A stretch of DNA of 64,000 nucleotides, from the IMG/VR virus record IMGVR_UViG_3300032267_001484; one strand, 5' to 3'. The stretch is from a virus. The stretch's first letter is position 1; each line of letters starts with the position of its first letter. Shown here piece by piece: positions 50,782-62,348 of this stretch. The position numbers and the translations under genes are program-made. The notes beneath the pieces were generated by a model. That model was not told where the DNA came from. It saw nothing but the letters and a program-made list of their open reading frames with translations, and did not search any database.

Positions 50782-51431
50782 TGTATTGTTTCGTTTAGGT
50801 ATGTTTTATTAATGTTAAATTTTATATATTTATTTTTTACTTTTCTGTTTTCTTCTTTAGATAATGGATACAAGTTTCTTAAATCATTTATTATAGAGGG
50901 GGGAGTGTTTGGTTCAAACCAACTTACAGGTATATTGTGATGTACTTCCCACTCTCCTATATTATTCCAGTTCATCCAAGATTCAAATAATGATTCTATG
51001 TGGTTTTTTAAATCATTACTTGTATAATCTACTCTATCATCGTTAATGTCATTCAAACATCGTCTCTTAATATTCAAACATATTAAAACATGAGGATTAT
51101 CTCTATAATATTGCTTTTTGTATGCTTTTTGATATTGTTTATAATAGTCTTCATTTTCGTATACCCATTCCTTTATATATTTAGCTTGTTTTAATTTTAT
51201 TTCTGGTTTGTTTCTATATTGTTTTAGTTTGGGTAATATTATGTTTTTATTGTTATGGTAATAGTTATTTACTTGTTGTTTTATATTTTCATTATTATCA
51301 ATGTATATCTTTTTATTATTGTCACTAACACATTGTTTGCACCATACATGATAACCATCTACTTTATTTTTATTTTTATTAAATTCAGTTAGTGGTTTAA
51401 TAATATTGCACTTATTACATATTCTATCCAT
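50736..51431 (-). mobile_element. HNH-like homing endonuclease
   Basis: CNKC..CKQC; WEVHHNIPVS...NLYPL..EN..KNK. Confidence 0.8.
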
Positions 51432-51462
51432 GCGTATAAATATATGAAGGGTGCAGAAGAAC

Positions 51463-52767
51463 TTATATCCTTTCTAAGCCGTGATATGATTTGCCTTGCT
51501 TTATACTTACAGGATATTCTAGGATTTTGGTTAGGTCGGATATTATATTACCGTCTTCTTTACTATAGTCGAATAAAAATGCATCATATGTGTATAATAC
51601 TAATTTGGTTTTTTTATTTTCTAAATATAAATAGTCTAATACTGATCTGAGTAACTGTACATTAGTTGATGTTTCATAACTTTGAACGATATAATTAAAC
51701 AATTTATTGCGAGCAACATTTTCATTACCACGTATAAATATCTTATTAGCAGTTGTATATGAGTTGCCATATTGATAGGTATCCCATATATTATCAATAA
51801 ACATATTTACTTGTTTGAAGAATGGTTTATCTTGATATTCATTCCAAACACCACCATATAACTGTTTAAATGTTAATTCTTTAGCTTCTTGTTTAGATAC
51901 ACCTAATATTTCACCAAGATATTCATATGTGTTTTTATCTTTAGGAAACTCAAAATCAACCATTTCACCAATCAGTCGTGGATGATATCCTTGAAAATCG
52001 ATTTCAATGAATGCATCATTCTCTGGTTTGTAGCATGTACGCTCGCCATTATCTTTATTTAATGCTGCAAAGTTGATATTATTAAATGTATTAGATGGGC
52101 GCGAAGTGGTTGTGTATAAATTATATTGAGTATATATTCTGCCCTTACTAATATTAAATTCGGGATGGTCAATCTTATCTTTATAGTGTTCTATAAAGCA
52201 GTTTTTATCTAATTTAATGCCGTTTTTTTCAATTTCATGAAATATCTCTGTGGTGTTATTATTTTGAAATTCAAACTGTAGAGTAATGGGATTATTTTTA
52301 ATTACAGGCAATGTGGCTTCAAATATTTTTTCACATTCCTCAAAATGTTTACTAATTGGAATTAGGCAACTTATATTAGGTAAATTCCTATGATGCATAT
52401 AATAAAAATCAAGACACGGAGAATCAGATAATGCATCAGTTAAATCAACAAACTCAAGTAAGTGAGCATCAAACAATTTATGTCTGATAGGATAAATCCA
52501 ATGCATAGCTGCTTTTTTATCTAACAACCATAATCTACCGTTATTAGATAACCATTTTACAACATCAATTTGATTTAACTTAAATGCTTCGTTGTGATCA
52601 ATACACAGCATGTATCCTTTTCTTCCATCAAGTGGTCTAATATAGACTAGACTTAGTTGGGTGAGCGAAGGATGGAAATTACTGTTACATGGAATAAGAT
52701 GAATGAAGCAATCTTCAAACGGACCTAATTTATCTAATTGGTCTTTACGTTCAATAATATAAAACAT
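51463..52767 (-). CDS. compact family A DNA polymerase-like protein
   Basis: TTTSRPS, motif A IDFQGYHPRL, motif B AKELTFKQLYG, motif C YTYDAFL. Confidence 0.8.
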   Translation of the reverse strand: MFYIIERKDQLDKLGPFEDCFIHLIPCNSNFHPSLTQLSLVYIRPLDGRKGYMLCIDHNEAFKLNQIDVVKWLSNNGRLWLLDKKAAMHWIYPIRHKLFDAHLLEFVDLTDALSDSPCLDFYYMHHRNLPNISCLIPISKHFEECEKIFEATLPVIKNNPITLQFEFQNNNTTEIFHEIEKNGIKLDKNCFIEHYKDKIDHPEFNISKGRIYTQYNLYTTTSRPSNTFNNINFAALNKDNGERTCYKPENDAFIEIDFQGYHPRLIGEMVDFEFPKDKNTYEYLGEILGVSKQEAKELTFKQLYGGVWNEYQDKPFFKQVNMFIDNIWDTYQYGNSYTTANKIFIRGNENVARNKLFNYIVQSYETSTNVQLLRSVLDYLYLENKKTKLVLYTYDAFLFDYSKEDGNIISDLTKILEYPVSIKQGKSYHGLERI

Positions 52768-52821
52768 ATTTCATAACCTTTAAGCCTAAATATAATAAGA
52801 AAATTTAGCCTAATAAAATCT

Positions 52822-53331
52822 TTAATCTGGAGGGAGTTCTGATAATATGAAGGTTTTTATTCCTGGCATTTGCTTTTCAGCATCGTCTAAAGTTTTCTGG
52901 TTTGCAAAGTAACCACCTTCAGGAAAGTCTATACTTATAGTTTGATAAATAGGATTATTTTGTAATTCACTAAATGTATCTTTATTAATTTCTCTTATTA
53001 GTATAGGATTGTTATTAATTTTTTTAGTAAAATATCTTGTTTTAGCGTAAATATCTCCTTTACTGATGACTGAAGGGAAAGAGATATTATTTATTTTAGT
53101 ATTAGATAATTTCCCAAATATATAAGTTGCTGCTCTTGTTAGTAAAGTATTAGTTTTATTAGTTTCTATCCTTATTAATTCAGAAGAATTTGTTTTAAAT
53201 ATTTTCCCAGCAAAAAATTTACCGTTTATTTCATAATAATATCCTTGATATTCTTTATATGAAATAGCATACATATACTCTTTACCTATAGTATATTTAT
53301 TTTCTTTTATTATATTAGAAGGTACTCTCAT
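52822..53331 (-). CDS. hypothetical protein (tail region)
   Basis: YQGYYY; follows the hub gene. Confidence 0.65.
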   Translation of the reverse strand: MRVPSNIIKENKYTIGKEYMYAISYKEYQGYYYEINGKFFAGKIFKTNSSELIRIETNKTNTLLTRAATYIFGKLSNTKINNISFPSVISKGDIYAKTRYFTKKINNNPILIREINKDTFSELQNNPIYQTISIDFPEGGYFANQKTLDDAEKQMPGIKTFILSELPPD

Positions 53332-53334
53332 ATT

Positions 53335-56300
53335 TTAAAAAGGTGCGTCTGCTACTTGAAAGTGCATCCAGTCATAATTTAATTCTCTTCCAAAACTTTT
53401 CCACCCATGCTTATACCAAATATTAATAAAAGGTATATATTCTGGTTTTGAGAATAGGGCGCTTCCTGTTTTTTGTTTATAAGCATTTTCAGAAGCGCAT
53501 AAATCTATTGCTATTCCCCAAGAGTGGATTGATGGTTCCCCAGGACAACATCTTTTATCTCTAGCATTATATAATCCTGAGTATCGGTTTAGCCTTAATG
53601 TTTTGATTTTTTCTAGGCCATAAGTTGCCAATATTTCTTTAAATATTTGTTCTAGACTATCTTTAGCTAATCTATGGACTTTGATAGAATTAATTGGAGC
53701 TGTTCCGTAATATAAAGTATATGGTAAATTGAGAGTAACTAATTGACTTGTATCTCCGGGTTCTCCATATTTGGCAACTACAGCAGACTGGCTTGTTTTT
53801 GCTTTTATATTTGATTTTTTCTTTTCAGTTTCTTCAGGATTAGGAGTTGGTGTTGTTGATTTTTTATCTTCTTTTTTTATCAAATCACTATATTTTAATT
53901 CTTCTCCTGAGGGGTCATCTAATGGAATAGTTTGAGCATCTATGTTAGTAGTCCAATCATTATTAGAAACTGAGTGGCCTATGCCTGTTACTGTATATCC
54001 TAGTTTGGAGCCAAGTGTTTCTCCTTTATATCCTTTAGGCAGTAATTCTTCAGGTATTTTAAACATATGTCCTATAACTAAACCACCTATGCCATCCATA
54101 GTAATAGACAATTTAGTAGGAATAATAGATCTATTTTTTACATCAGATTTAGTTAGGTTTTTATAGAAATTAATCAAATCTTTTAAAGCATTTTTATAAC
54201 TATCTGCTTTATCTGTATTATAATCTGAGTCTTCTACAAAACTCCACCAGGTGTTAAGTCTTTCAAAAAACCCATAGAATATATCTAAAATTGAGGCTAA
54301 ATTTGATAATTGTTCAGTAGTATTATTAGTTTTATTTGGGTTGGTTAAAGGATCTATTTTTTTAGGTATAATTCTATCTTCTAATCCTTTATTAAAATCC
54401 AACATTGTATTATTATCAGTAGCCATAGCACCTCCTCCTACTTGAGCCCCAATAGCTATTATAGAAGATTGGTCTGGGAATATTTGGGATTCTAATTTAT
54501 AAGACCTAACTGTAGATTTAGTATTATGCATCTCTAATTGGAAGAGATTTTTAAATACATCTTTTCTTGATTGGGTATCTACATAATTAATGTCTACCAT
54601 CCTTATAACACTATCAATAGGATCAACATGCAAATCAAAATTATTTACACGACCAATAGCGGATGATATTTCAGATAATATTCTTTTTAAGAAATCATAT
54701 AAGTTTATATCATTTTTCTCTTTTGTATCTGTAGATTGTAAATTATTATCTAAAGATAATCTATATAAAAAATTTACATTAACATATATATTTCCTATGA
54801 TTCCTATTTCTGTAGTAGGATCATTTTTGTAAAAATATGGATTTAATTTTTTTAAATAGGAAGAACTACTAGCTTCTTTAATGGTTTTTTCTTGTTGTTT
54901 TACTGCTTCTTTCTTTTTTTCCTCTAATTTTTCTTTTTCTACTATTGATGGATCTTTTCTTAAAAAATCAACATTATTTTTTCCTACAGCTCGCTCTATT
55001 TCCCCAGAAGTAAGACCTTTATCTAAATAACCATATAAATTTTTTCCTCCTCTTGCATGCCATATACGAGATAATTCTTTTACTTCGTTTGCATCCCCAT
55101 TTAATTTAGATGATAATTCTTTTATTAATGCTTCTTCATCTGTAAAAGTAGCTTCTATTTCTTTTTTTATATATTCAATTAATTTATTATATACAGAAAC
55201 GTTTGTGTTAGTGTAACGTACTACATTTGTATCTGCGGGGGAATTTAGTTCTTTTACTACATCTGGGGAAGGTATTGTCCCATCAGCCCAAGTAGGGCTA
55301 TTAATAAGACAAACAGAAGGATCCATGGATATTTGTAAAGGATGACCTAAACACAATAAATATCCTCCTTCTCCTGTATTAGGGTCGGGGGTGTTAGGGC
55401 TAGATTTATCATATTCTCTATCAAATACAGAACAAGTTACATAAGCTGAGTTGCTGTTGGAATCTTTAAATATGACATAGTTATTAATTAGGCTGCTTAG
55501 ACTTTCTAATGTAATATAAACTTGTACATCACTTGCTCCTACATCTCCTTCACTATTTGATTCCCCTACTCCCCCATGTATATTGATTTTTTTTCTAAAA
55601 GCATGATATTTAGTATTTTTTCCTTTATCCTCAATATCAAAAGCAGTTTCATCACCTTTTTCTTTTCCTAAATACCACAATTCATAAAATAAACCAGCTA
55701 AAATATTTTTAGAATATTGGTCTTTTAAATCATCTTCATCAGCACCGGACTGTAGTAACCCTCCATTACCTATTACTTGATCTATATTGTTAAGAGGAGA
55801 ATAATTTACTTTTAAAGATTCCATTATTTCCCCTACTGAGATAATTGTGGTAGTACAATCATATCCTCCATCTTCTCTAGCAGCCCAGCTATAATTTTTT
55901 ACATATCCAAATAAAGCATCATAATTACCGTTGTATTTTTTAACAGCAGTATCGTATAAGTCTTTAAATATTTGTTCTTTTGTTGGAGTTTTATTTATTA
56001 TATCGTAAAAATCAACAAATGTTTTTAATTTTTCATCATTTCCTAAATAAGGTGCCCATCCCCATTCAACTAATACTGTGTATCCGGGGCGCATATAGAG
56101 AAGCTCTAAATCTTCAAGTTGCTTAATATCCCAGGCATTAAAATTAACTGTTACTTCTTTTAAAGAACCATATGCTGATTTGGATTTAACCTCAATATTA
56201 GTAATACCAGGCATAGGGCGCATACCCAATCTATTGTATTTATTTCCAGGAGAAAGTAAACTATATGCTTGTCCTTCAACCCCTACTCCTGAGCGTACTG

Positions 56301-56529
56301 TGTTATTGGGGTATAATGTTCCTCCTTGTAAGATATATTGGGAAGCTAAGGTATTTGTTGGTTCTTGGTCAGGTCCTTCTTTAACATTAACAGCAGAACT
56401 CATTCTAACCCAAGCATTGCGAGCATTAAAATATTGAATTGCATCAGGAGTGCGTTCAAATATAGCTTTTTGCCTTGCTTCTAATTGCCTTGCTATCTCA
56501 GGTTTGAATGTATCTTTAAATATTGACAT
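53335..56529 (-). CDS. baseplate hub-like protein with C-terminal M15 peptidase
   Basis: RPMPGI..LYMRPG..EWGW N-terminal domain; SIHSWGIAIDL...DWMHFQ. Confidence 0.75.
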   Translation of the reverse strand: MSIFKDTFKPEIARQLEARQKAIFERTPDAIQYFNARNAWVRMSSAVNVKEGPDQEPTNTLASQYILQGGTLYPNNTVRSGVGVEGQAYSLLSPGNKYNRLGMRPMPGITNIEVKSKSAYGSLKEVTVNFNAWDIKQLEDLELLYMRPGYTVLVEWGWAPYLGNDEKLKTFVDFYDIINKTPTKEQIFKDLYDTAVKKYNGNYDALFGYVKNYSWAAREDGGYDCTTTIISVGEIMESLKVNYSPLNNIDQVIGNGGLLQSGADEDDLKDQYSKNILAGLFYELWYLGKEKGDETAFDIEDKGKNTKYHAFRKKINIHGGVGESNSEGDVGASDVQVYITLESLSSLINNYVIFKDSNSNSAYVTCSVFDREYDKSSPNTPDPNTGEGGYLLCLGHPLQISMDPSVCLINSPTWADGTIPSPDVVKELNSPADTNVVRYTNTNVSVYNKLIEYIKKEIEATFTDEEALIKELSSKLNGDANEVKELSRIWHARGGKNLYGYLDKGLTSGEIERAVGKNNVDFLRKDPSIVEKEKLEEKKKEAVKQQEKTIKEASSSSYLKKLNPYFYKNDPTTEIGIIGNIYVNVNFLYRLSLDNNLQSTDTKEKNDINLYDFLKRILSEISSAIGRVNNFDLHVDPIDSVIRMVDINYVDTQSRKDVFKNLFQLEMHNTKSTVRSYKLESQIFPDQSSIIAIGAQVGGGAMATDNNTMLDFNKGLEDRIIPKKIDPLTNPNKTNNTTEQLSNLASILDIFYGFFERLNTWWSFVEDSDYNTDKADSYKNALKDLINFYKNLTKSDVKNRSIIPTKLSITMDGIGGLVIGHMFKIPEELLPKGYKGETLGSKLGYTVTGIGHSVSNNDWTTNIDAQTIPLDDPSGEELKYSDLIKKEDKKSTTPTPNPEETEKKKSNIKAKTSQSAVVAKYGEPGDTSQLVTLNLPYTLYYGTAPINSIKVHRLAKDSLEQIFKEILATYGLEKIKTLRLNRYSGLYNARDKRCCPGEPSIHSWGIAIDLCASENAYKQKTGSALFSKPEYIPFINIWYKHGWKSFGRELNYDWMHFQVADAPF

Positions 56530-56534
56530 AACAT

Positions 56535-56837
56535 TTATCTTGCTTTATTGAATTGATCAAATAATTTCAAAACAGTTCCTAAATCAGTTGGTATTCTTAA
56601 TTGAGTACCAGGTGTTGGGTATAATGCTCCTTTAGTAGCATTATTATTAGCCATTGATATTACCCACCATAAAGTAGCATCTTGATAATAACTATATGCT
56701 AATGAATCTAATCTGTCACCTACAGTAGTAATAACATATACATCACTTTCTGATAAAGGTATATTCGGATAGAATTTACTTTTATAGTAAGGTCTATAGT
56801 TTCTTGTTAATATAGGAGTATTATCGTATCGATTCAT
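56535..56837 (-). CDS. LysM-like baseplate wedge protein
   Basis: GDRLDSLAY.YY.D.LWWVI..AN...GTQLRIP. Confidence 0.82.
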   Translation of the reverse strand: MNRYDNTPILTRNYRPYYKSKFYPNIPLSESDVYVITTVGDRLDSLAYSYYQDATLWWVISMANNNATKGALYPTPGTQLRIPTDLGTVLKLFDQFNKAR

Positions 56838-59143
56838 TATTGACGACTATTTTTATTGAAAAAATCTCTAAGTGCTTGATCCTGTTCTTTAGTAAATGGT
56901 TTAGCACCACCTTTTTTCTTTTCTAAAGCATCTGCTCTCATTTTAACTTTATCCCTATCAGTAGCCGCAGTATATGATGTATCTTTTCTATCCGGTGGTA
57001 TATCATTTATAGTTTTTACCACTGGTTTTGGATCAGGTTGTTTTGGTTTTGGTGGTAGCTCTGGTTTGGGGTCAGGTTGTGGTGGAACTGGATCTGGTGT
57101 TTTGGTTCTAAATCCACAATCGTAGTGTTGAGGTAAGAAATTATGAATTAGAGTAAACCCAAATGTTACTTTTATATAGAATGCTATACCTTCATCTAAG
57201 TCCCAAGATGAATCTTGTATAGGAGTAAAAGTTAAGTTATTTATAATTCCTGGTTGGTAGTCAACATAGCCTCCTATTTTTAGTTTGGTTATAATTCCAC
57301 CTAATAATAGATTATTTTGGTATTTTCCAGCTAAAGTAGAAGCTAGTTCACTTAAAGTGCAATGTTTGCTTATTAATTCTTCTTTATTAAAACAAGGAAT
57401 ATTAAATCCTACATTTAATGAACGTTTGAAACTATTAAATATATAAAAATTTTCTGCTCTACCTACATATTTTACATCACTCCATCCACTATCATATGCT
57501 TCAGAATAATCTGTTAAATAACCTAAAAATTTTAATTCTTTTAAAGAAAGACCAGTAAATGGATCTAATGGATTAAATATTAAAGCCAACTTATCTTCAC
57601 TAACAGCAGTATCATTAGTTCTCTCAAATTTATTTTCTAATTCAGCTTTTACATAATTAAAATCTTTATCACTTCTATTTACATTAACTGTTACTACACT
57701 TTTACTAGTATCTTTAGATGAATTGTAATTAGGAAAAAGTTGTACTTTATTTTGATTAGTATTTCTACTTAATGCTGTAAGGCCATCATAAGATGAAGTC
57801 ATTTCATTTACCCTAACAGGATTAGGTAAATTATAATCATCTACTGGATTAATGATTTCAAGCAGATCAGAAGCGTTACCTGAAGGGCTAATTCCTGGTT
57901 TGTCTGTATATAATTTATATTTATTGTTTCTTTTATCAACTGTTTCTTTTATTCTACTGTATATAGCTTGGGGGCTATTATCTGTGGGAGAATATTTGAC
58001 AGCTGTTTTAAGAGGATGATTAACTAATTTTAATAGTTCTGGGGATAATTTTGATATTTCTAGATCAGCCTCTTTATTTACCTTTTTAGGTCCAGTTGAT
58101 GGAGTCCATGTAACTTTTCCAGAATAAGTTTCTGCTTTAGTAATTTCATTTGTTCCATTACTAGGAGAAGATATAGAACCATAAGAAACAGCTGATGTAA
58201 AAGTAGAGGTAGAATAAAGAGAGGCTTCTCTAAACCCACCATTACGAACTTTTTCATCAATTGTGGGGATATGTTGTTCGTTATATTTTTTATTTTTGGC
58301 AGCCTCTATTCTAAGGTTATCATTGGTGTGTTCTGGTATTCTTTTAATTAGGGTTCTTCCTATTCCATAGACTGAATTAGGACCTCCTATATAGTCAGCA
58401 ATTCTGCTACTTTGAATATCATTATAAACAGAGTTAGCAAAAGGTATTCCACCTTCAAAGGTAGCGGCAATAACACTTAAAGTTTTTTGTTCTTTTTTTC
58501 TTAATTTAATATTACCTTTATAAAGATCATAATTAATACCTAAACCAAATCTATTTCTTAAACCTTCTAATTTATTATTAGGAGCTCCTTCTCCTTCATT
58601 ATTATTTTGAGCAACTGCTAAGTACTTAGTTTGATCATCTTGAACAGGTAATAAACCATGTCTGTTGAAATGTTGACCAAAAGCATTAACAGGTACTTGT
58701 GCTAATGTATTAATTCCTAAATTATAAATACGAGTAGGACCTACAGCATTTACTATTTTATTTGCTGTGTTTAGAATAAAATTGCCTACATTTCGCAATA
58801 ATCCATTACCCCTAGTAGGTGAATCTGTTTTAAGTTTTTTAGTTTCTAATTGGGGATTAGATAGTTGTAACCCTACTTGTTTAACAATAAACAATGGACC
58901 TTTTGGGAAATCCTTAAGAAATTTCCCTATACGAAGTGTATCAACAATTGAAGCATTAGCAGCACCTACAGCACCCCCTCTAACTAACCCATCATCAAAT
59001 TTGGTTAATCTAAATTGGTTAAAACCACTATCAACTTTATTTATATCTACTTGTTGATAAGGTTGTCCGCTATTACCTCCACCAGGTTGATCTTGTCCGT
59101 ACTTAAGTGATTTTAAGTTTGTTTTTAGATCTAGTAGGGCCAT
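56837..59143 (-). CDS. baseplate/tube-initiator-like structural protein
   Basis: C-terminal W..VKYVGRAENFYIF..FKR domain; position after the tape measure gene. Confidence 0.6.
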   Translation of the reverse strand: MALLDLKTNLKSLKYGQDQPGGGNSGQPYQQVDINKVDSGFNQFRLTKFDDGLVRGGAVGAANASIVDTLRIGKFLKDFPKGPLFIVKQVGLQLSNPQLETKKLKTDSPTRGNGLLRNVGNFILNTANKIVNAVGPTRIYNLGINTLAQVPVNAFGQHFNRHGLLPVQDDQTKYLAVAQNNNEGEGAPNNKLEGLRNRFGLGINYDLYKGNIKLRKKEQKTLSVIAATFEGGIPFANSVYNDIQSSRIADYIGGPNSVYGIGRTLIKRIPEHTNDNLRIEAAKNKKYNEQHIPTIDEKVRNGGFREASLYSTSTFTSAVSYGSISSPSNGTNEITKAETYSGKVTWTPSTGPKKVNKEADLEISKLSPELLKLVNHPLKTAVKYSPTDNSPQAIYSRIKETVDKRNNKYKLYTDKPGISPSGNASDLLEIINPVDDYNLPNPVRVNEMTSSYDGLTALSRNTNQNKVQLFPNYNSSKDTSKSVVTVNVNRSDKDFNYVKAELENKFERTNDTAVSEDKLALIFNPLDPFTGLSLKELKFLGYLTDYSEAYDSGWSDVKYVGRAENFYIFNSFKRSLNVGFNIPCFNKEELISKHCTLSELASTLAGKYQNNLLLGGIITKLKIGGYVDYQPGIINNLTFTPIQDSSWDLDEGIAFYIKVTFGFTLIHNFLPQHYDCGFRTKTPDPVPPQPDPKPELPPKPKQPDPKPVVKTINDIPPDRKDTSYTAATDRDKVKMRADALEKKKGGAKPFTKEQDQALRDFFNKNSRQ

Positions 59144-59153
59144 TTATATTATA

Positions 59154-59450
59154 TTAATAACGTCCTCCGTCAGGTCCTAAATCCTTATATTGACGTCCTG
59201 TTTTAGATTTATATACTTGTGATACAACTCCAACTGGACTTAGGTTTGGGGCTTGAGGGTCTAACTCATCCATTCTAGATGGTCTAGGAATAATTCCTGC
59301 ATTTCCATTGCTTGATATCCATCTTACGTTTGGAGTACCATCAATTGAATAAACATTGTGAAGAGCAGTTGCAGGGCTAACATCAAATGTTGCTGGTCTA
59401 ATACCTTTTAAACCTAGAGGGCTGTTTGGTAATTTTTCTAATAATGCCAT
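59154..59450 (-). CDS. hypothetical virion protein
   Basis: Late motif upstream. Confidence 0.6.
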   Translation of the reverse strand: MALLEKLPNSPLGLKGIRPATFDVSPATALHNVYSIDGTPNVRWISSNGNAGIIPRPSRMDELDPQAPNLSPVGVVSQVYKSKTGRQYKDLGPDGGRY

Positions 59451-59484
59451 GGTTCTATTGTTTTATACGAATAAATATTTAAAA

Positions 59485-62313
59485 TTATCGTGGTTTGTAT
59501 GAATTTTGTACTAATGTAGTGCCTACTTTTGTACCATCCATATTGATAGATGTATCTTTATTATATAACCTGTCAATAGCTGTTTTAACTTCATTAATTG
59601 CTGTTACCATAGGGGTAAGATCTAATGATAGAGTTGCATTGCTAATTGCTGCTGCTATTAAGTTAGAATCTAATGCCGGAGCTGAGTTGATATTTGGAGA
59701 AACAGCTAATCCATCACCTTTTTTAGTGACAGCCATCTTTCCAAATTTATCTTCAATTTTAAAAGGTCCAGAATTTGAAAATGCAACTCCATCTTCTACT
59801 TCTTGTACTTCTTCATTTTCATTATCAGATAGTAATGATCCTAAACCTCCTATTAATCCACCAACACCTGCTCCAATTGCTGTACCAATACCTGGGATTA
59901 TGCTTCCTATCATTGCTCCTATTCCTGCTCCACTTAAAGCGCCACTACCTACTCCTAATGTTTTTGCTAAATTTTTATTTCCAGCTTCTGCTGCTTTTTC
60001 AGCTCCATAATCTAAAGCCATACCTCCTAATATGCCACCAACAGAGGCTTTTCCTAAAAACCTACCAGCACCTTTAGCTATTCCTTTAATTCCAGGTTTA
60101 ACCATTCTTGATAATGATTTACCAGCACCTTTTACTCCACCTCCTTGATAAGCTTGTTTTAATCTTCCAAAAATACCACCTCTACTTTTAGTTACACTTC
60201 CTTCTTTTCCACCTAATAAATCTCCTAAACCACCACCCCCACCAGCAGCACTAATATCTCTTGTAACCATTGGGTTTAAAATAGTACCTTTAGTCATTGA
60301 TTTGGCAACCAATGCTATTAAAGTACCAATTGTAGCTACAGAAGCAATTCCACCTAATAATCCTCCTAATCCAGGAATACTTTTAATAAAAGACCCTATC
60401 TTACCAAAATAACCAAATATTTTGGCTACATAATTTAAACCATCAGATAATGAATCTACAAATGATCCAAGAGGCCCTGCTAATAAATTACCAACTATGC
60501 TTTGTAGTTTAAGCATAGCAGCGTTAAACTTATCTTGTATATTTTGTCTTTCAAGTGCTTTTATTCTTTCTTCTTCAGTAACTTGAGCTAATGATTTACC
60601 ACTAGCTAAAGCTTCTTCTCTTTTCCTTAATGTATTTGCAAGTTCATCAGCTGTCATTCCAACAGCTTCAGCTAATGCTTTCTGTTGTAATACATTCATT
60701 TTAGAAAAATCAGCTGCTGTACCTACATTTTTGGCTAACTCTTCAGCTAATGCTATTTGATCACCAGCCAAAGCAGCTGCTCTAGCTCTTTCTAAGTTAA
60801 GTTGTTTACCAGTTAATAACTCAGCTTTTAATTCATTTTCAATTGATGATTCAAAGTTAAGAAGAGACTCACCTGCTTTAGCAACCTGATCTAAAGTCAT
60901 TCCAAATGCTTTAGCAGTAACAATAGCTTTAGCTATACGTTCTGGGTTGAATCCTAGATTGGCTGCTAGCTGTCCGGATACTTTTACTGCTTCTGCTAAT
61001 GTGGCTTTAAAATTAATTCCAACTTTAAGTTGATTAGCAGTTGCATTTAATCCTTTAACAAAGGATTTATATGTTTGTTCTGAGGTTTTCCCATTTAAAA
61101 CAGCAAAACGTTGTATTTGTGCTGCTTCATCTGCTTGTAACCCAACTTGTTTAGTTAATTTAATTTGAGTTTCAAGTTGATCAGCAGTAAATTCATATGA
61201 AAAACCTATTGCTTCAGATAGTTGTCCAAATGCTTCTACTAAATTAGCAGTATTAACATTTAAATTATTTGAAACACTTTCTATTTGTACTAAACTCTCT
61301 CTAAAAGCATCTGCTCTTTCAGCTCCATATCCTAAAGATTTTCCTAATTCTACGGATTGAGCATTTGCATTTAATGCTGATTTAAAGAAGAAATTGGCAA
61401 GCTTTAACATTATTCCCAATTGAGTAACTGGGTCTTTGAGTGCTTCCCCTATTCCTTTAAATATGCCTTTAGTTGCTGTAGATACAACAGCCCATTTATC
61501 CCCAGACTTAGCAGCTTCTTTCATATCATCTTTGAGATCTTCAAAGAAACCACTACTAATTCCTAATTTACCTAGAGAACCTACAATTCCATCTATTATC
61601 TGCCCAGTAAATCCTAAAGTTTTTTGAATTTTCTTTTCAGTATTTAATCTTTCTTCAGTAAGTTGTTCTATTTTTCTAATACCATATTCTTCATCTTCTA
61701 ATAAACCTTTTACTTCATTGTTTGCTTGAATTATTTTTCTTGCTAAACTTTCTTCTTTAGCTATTGAATTTATTATTTCATCTATTCTTTTTTGTTGTTC
61801 TTTAGTAAGATTACCATTTTGTCTTTCTAAAGCAACATATCTATCATATTCCTCATTTAACTTTTGTTGAATTTCTAATGATGCTCTAAGTGATTCTTCA
61901 TTTAATTCTAAAGCTTTAGTTAATTCAGTACGCTGAATATTGGTTTTTTTCTTAATAGTTTCCAGCTCTTTTTTAGATAAGTCTGATATTCCATCTTGAT
62001 CATATTTTAGTTTATTAGCTATTGATGATAATTTGGAATAAGAACTGGTTATATCTTTATTAAAGGATTTTTGTCCTTTTAATTCTGCTGTAACTCGTTT
62101 TAAAGATTCATAAAAGTAGTTAGTATCCGTGTCCAAACCATCCATTTCTTTTCTAATGGATTTTAAAGCAGATTCTGCTCCTCTAACCCCACCACCAAAA
62201 CTAGCTATAGCTTGATCTACATCTTTAAAAAATTGTCCACCTAACGAAGCAACACGCTGGTTAAGGTCATCTATTTGTTTTCTAAGTTGTTCTAATTGTT
62301 CTTTTGGATCCAT
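59485..62313 (-). CDS. tape measure protein
   Basis: 942 aa, helical and Ala/Gly-rich, glycine-zipper C-terminus, downstream of tube and chaperone. Confidence 0.85.
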   Translation of the reverse strand: MDPKEQLEQLRKQIDDLNQRVASLGGQFFKDVDQAIASFGGGVRGAESALKSIRKEMDGLDTDTNYFYESLKRVTAELKGQKSFNKDITSSYSKLSSIANKLKYDQDGISDLSKKELETIKKKTNIQRTELTKALELNEESLRASLEIQQKLNEEYDRYVALERQNGNLTKEQQKRIDEIINSIAKEESLARKIIQANNEVKGLLEDEEYGIRKIEQLTEERLNTEKKIQKTLGFTGQIIDGIVGSLGKLGISSGFFEDLKDDMKEAAKSGDKWAVVSTATKGIFKGIGEALKDPVTQLGIMLKLANFFFKSALNANAQSVELGKSLGYGAERADAFRESLVQIESVSNNLNVNTANLVEAFGQLSEAIGFSYEFTADQLETQIKLTKQVGLQADEAAQIQRFAVLNGKTSEQTYKSFVKGLNATANQLKVGINFKATLAEAVKVSGQLAANLGFNPERIAKAIVTAKAFGMTLDQVAKAGESLLNFESSIENELKAELLTGKQLNLERARAAALAGDQIALAEELAKNVGTAADFSKMNVLQQKALAEAVGMTADELANTLRKREEALASGKSLAQVTEEERIKALERQNIQDKFNAAMLKLQSIVGNLLAGPLGSFVDSLSDGLNYVAKIFGYFGKIGSFIKSIPGLGGLLGGIASVATIGTLIALVAKSMTKGTILNPMVTRDISAAGGGGGLGDLLGGKEGSVTKSRGGIFGRLKQAYQGGGVKGAGKSLSRMVKPGIKGIAKGAGRFLGKASVGGILGGMALDYGAEKAAEAGNKNLAKTLGVGSGALSGAGIGAMIGSIIPGIGTAIGAGVGGLIGGLGSLLSDNENEEVQEVEDGVAFSNSGPFKIEDKFGKMAVTKKGDGLAVSPNINSAPALDSNLIAAAISNATLSLDLTPMVTAINEVKTAIDRLYNKDTSINMDGTKVGTTLVQNSYKPR

Positions 62314-62348
62314 AAGTAAATAATACTACATATAAATATTAAAGCGCC

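Noticed and set aside
57030-57110. Pro/Lys-rich repeats (PDPVPPQPDPKPELPPKPKQPDPKP)
   Set aside because: Low-complexity protein linker, not a DNA repeat array
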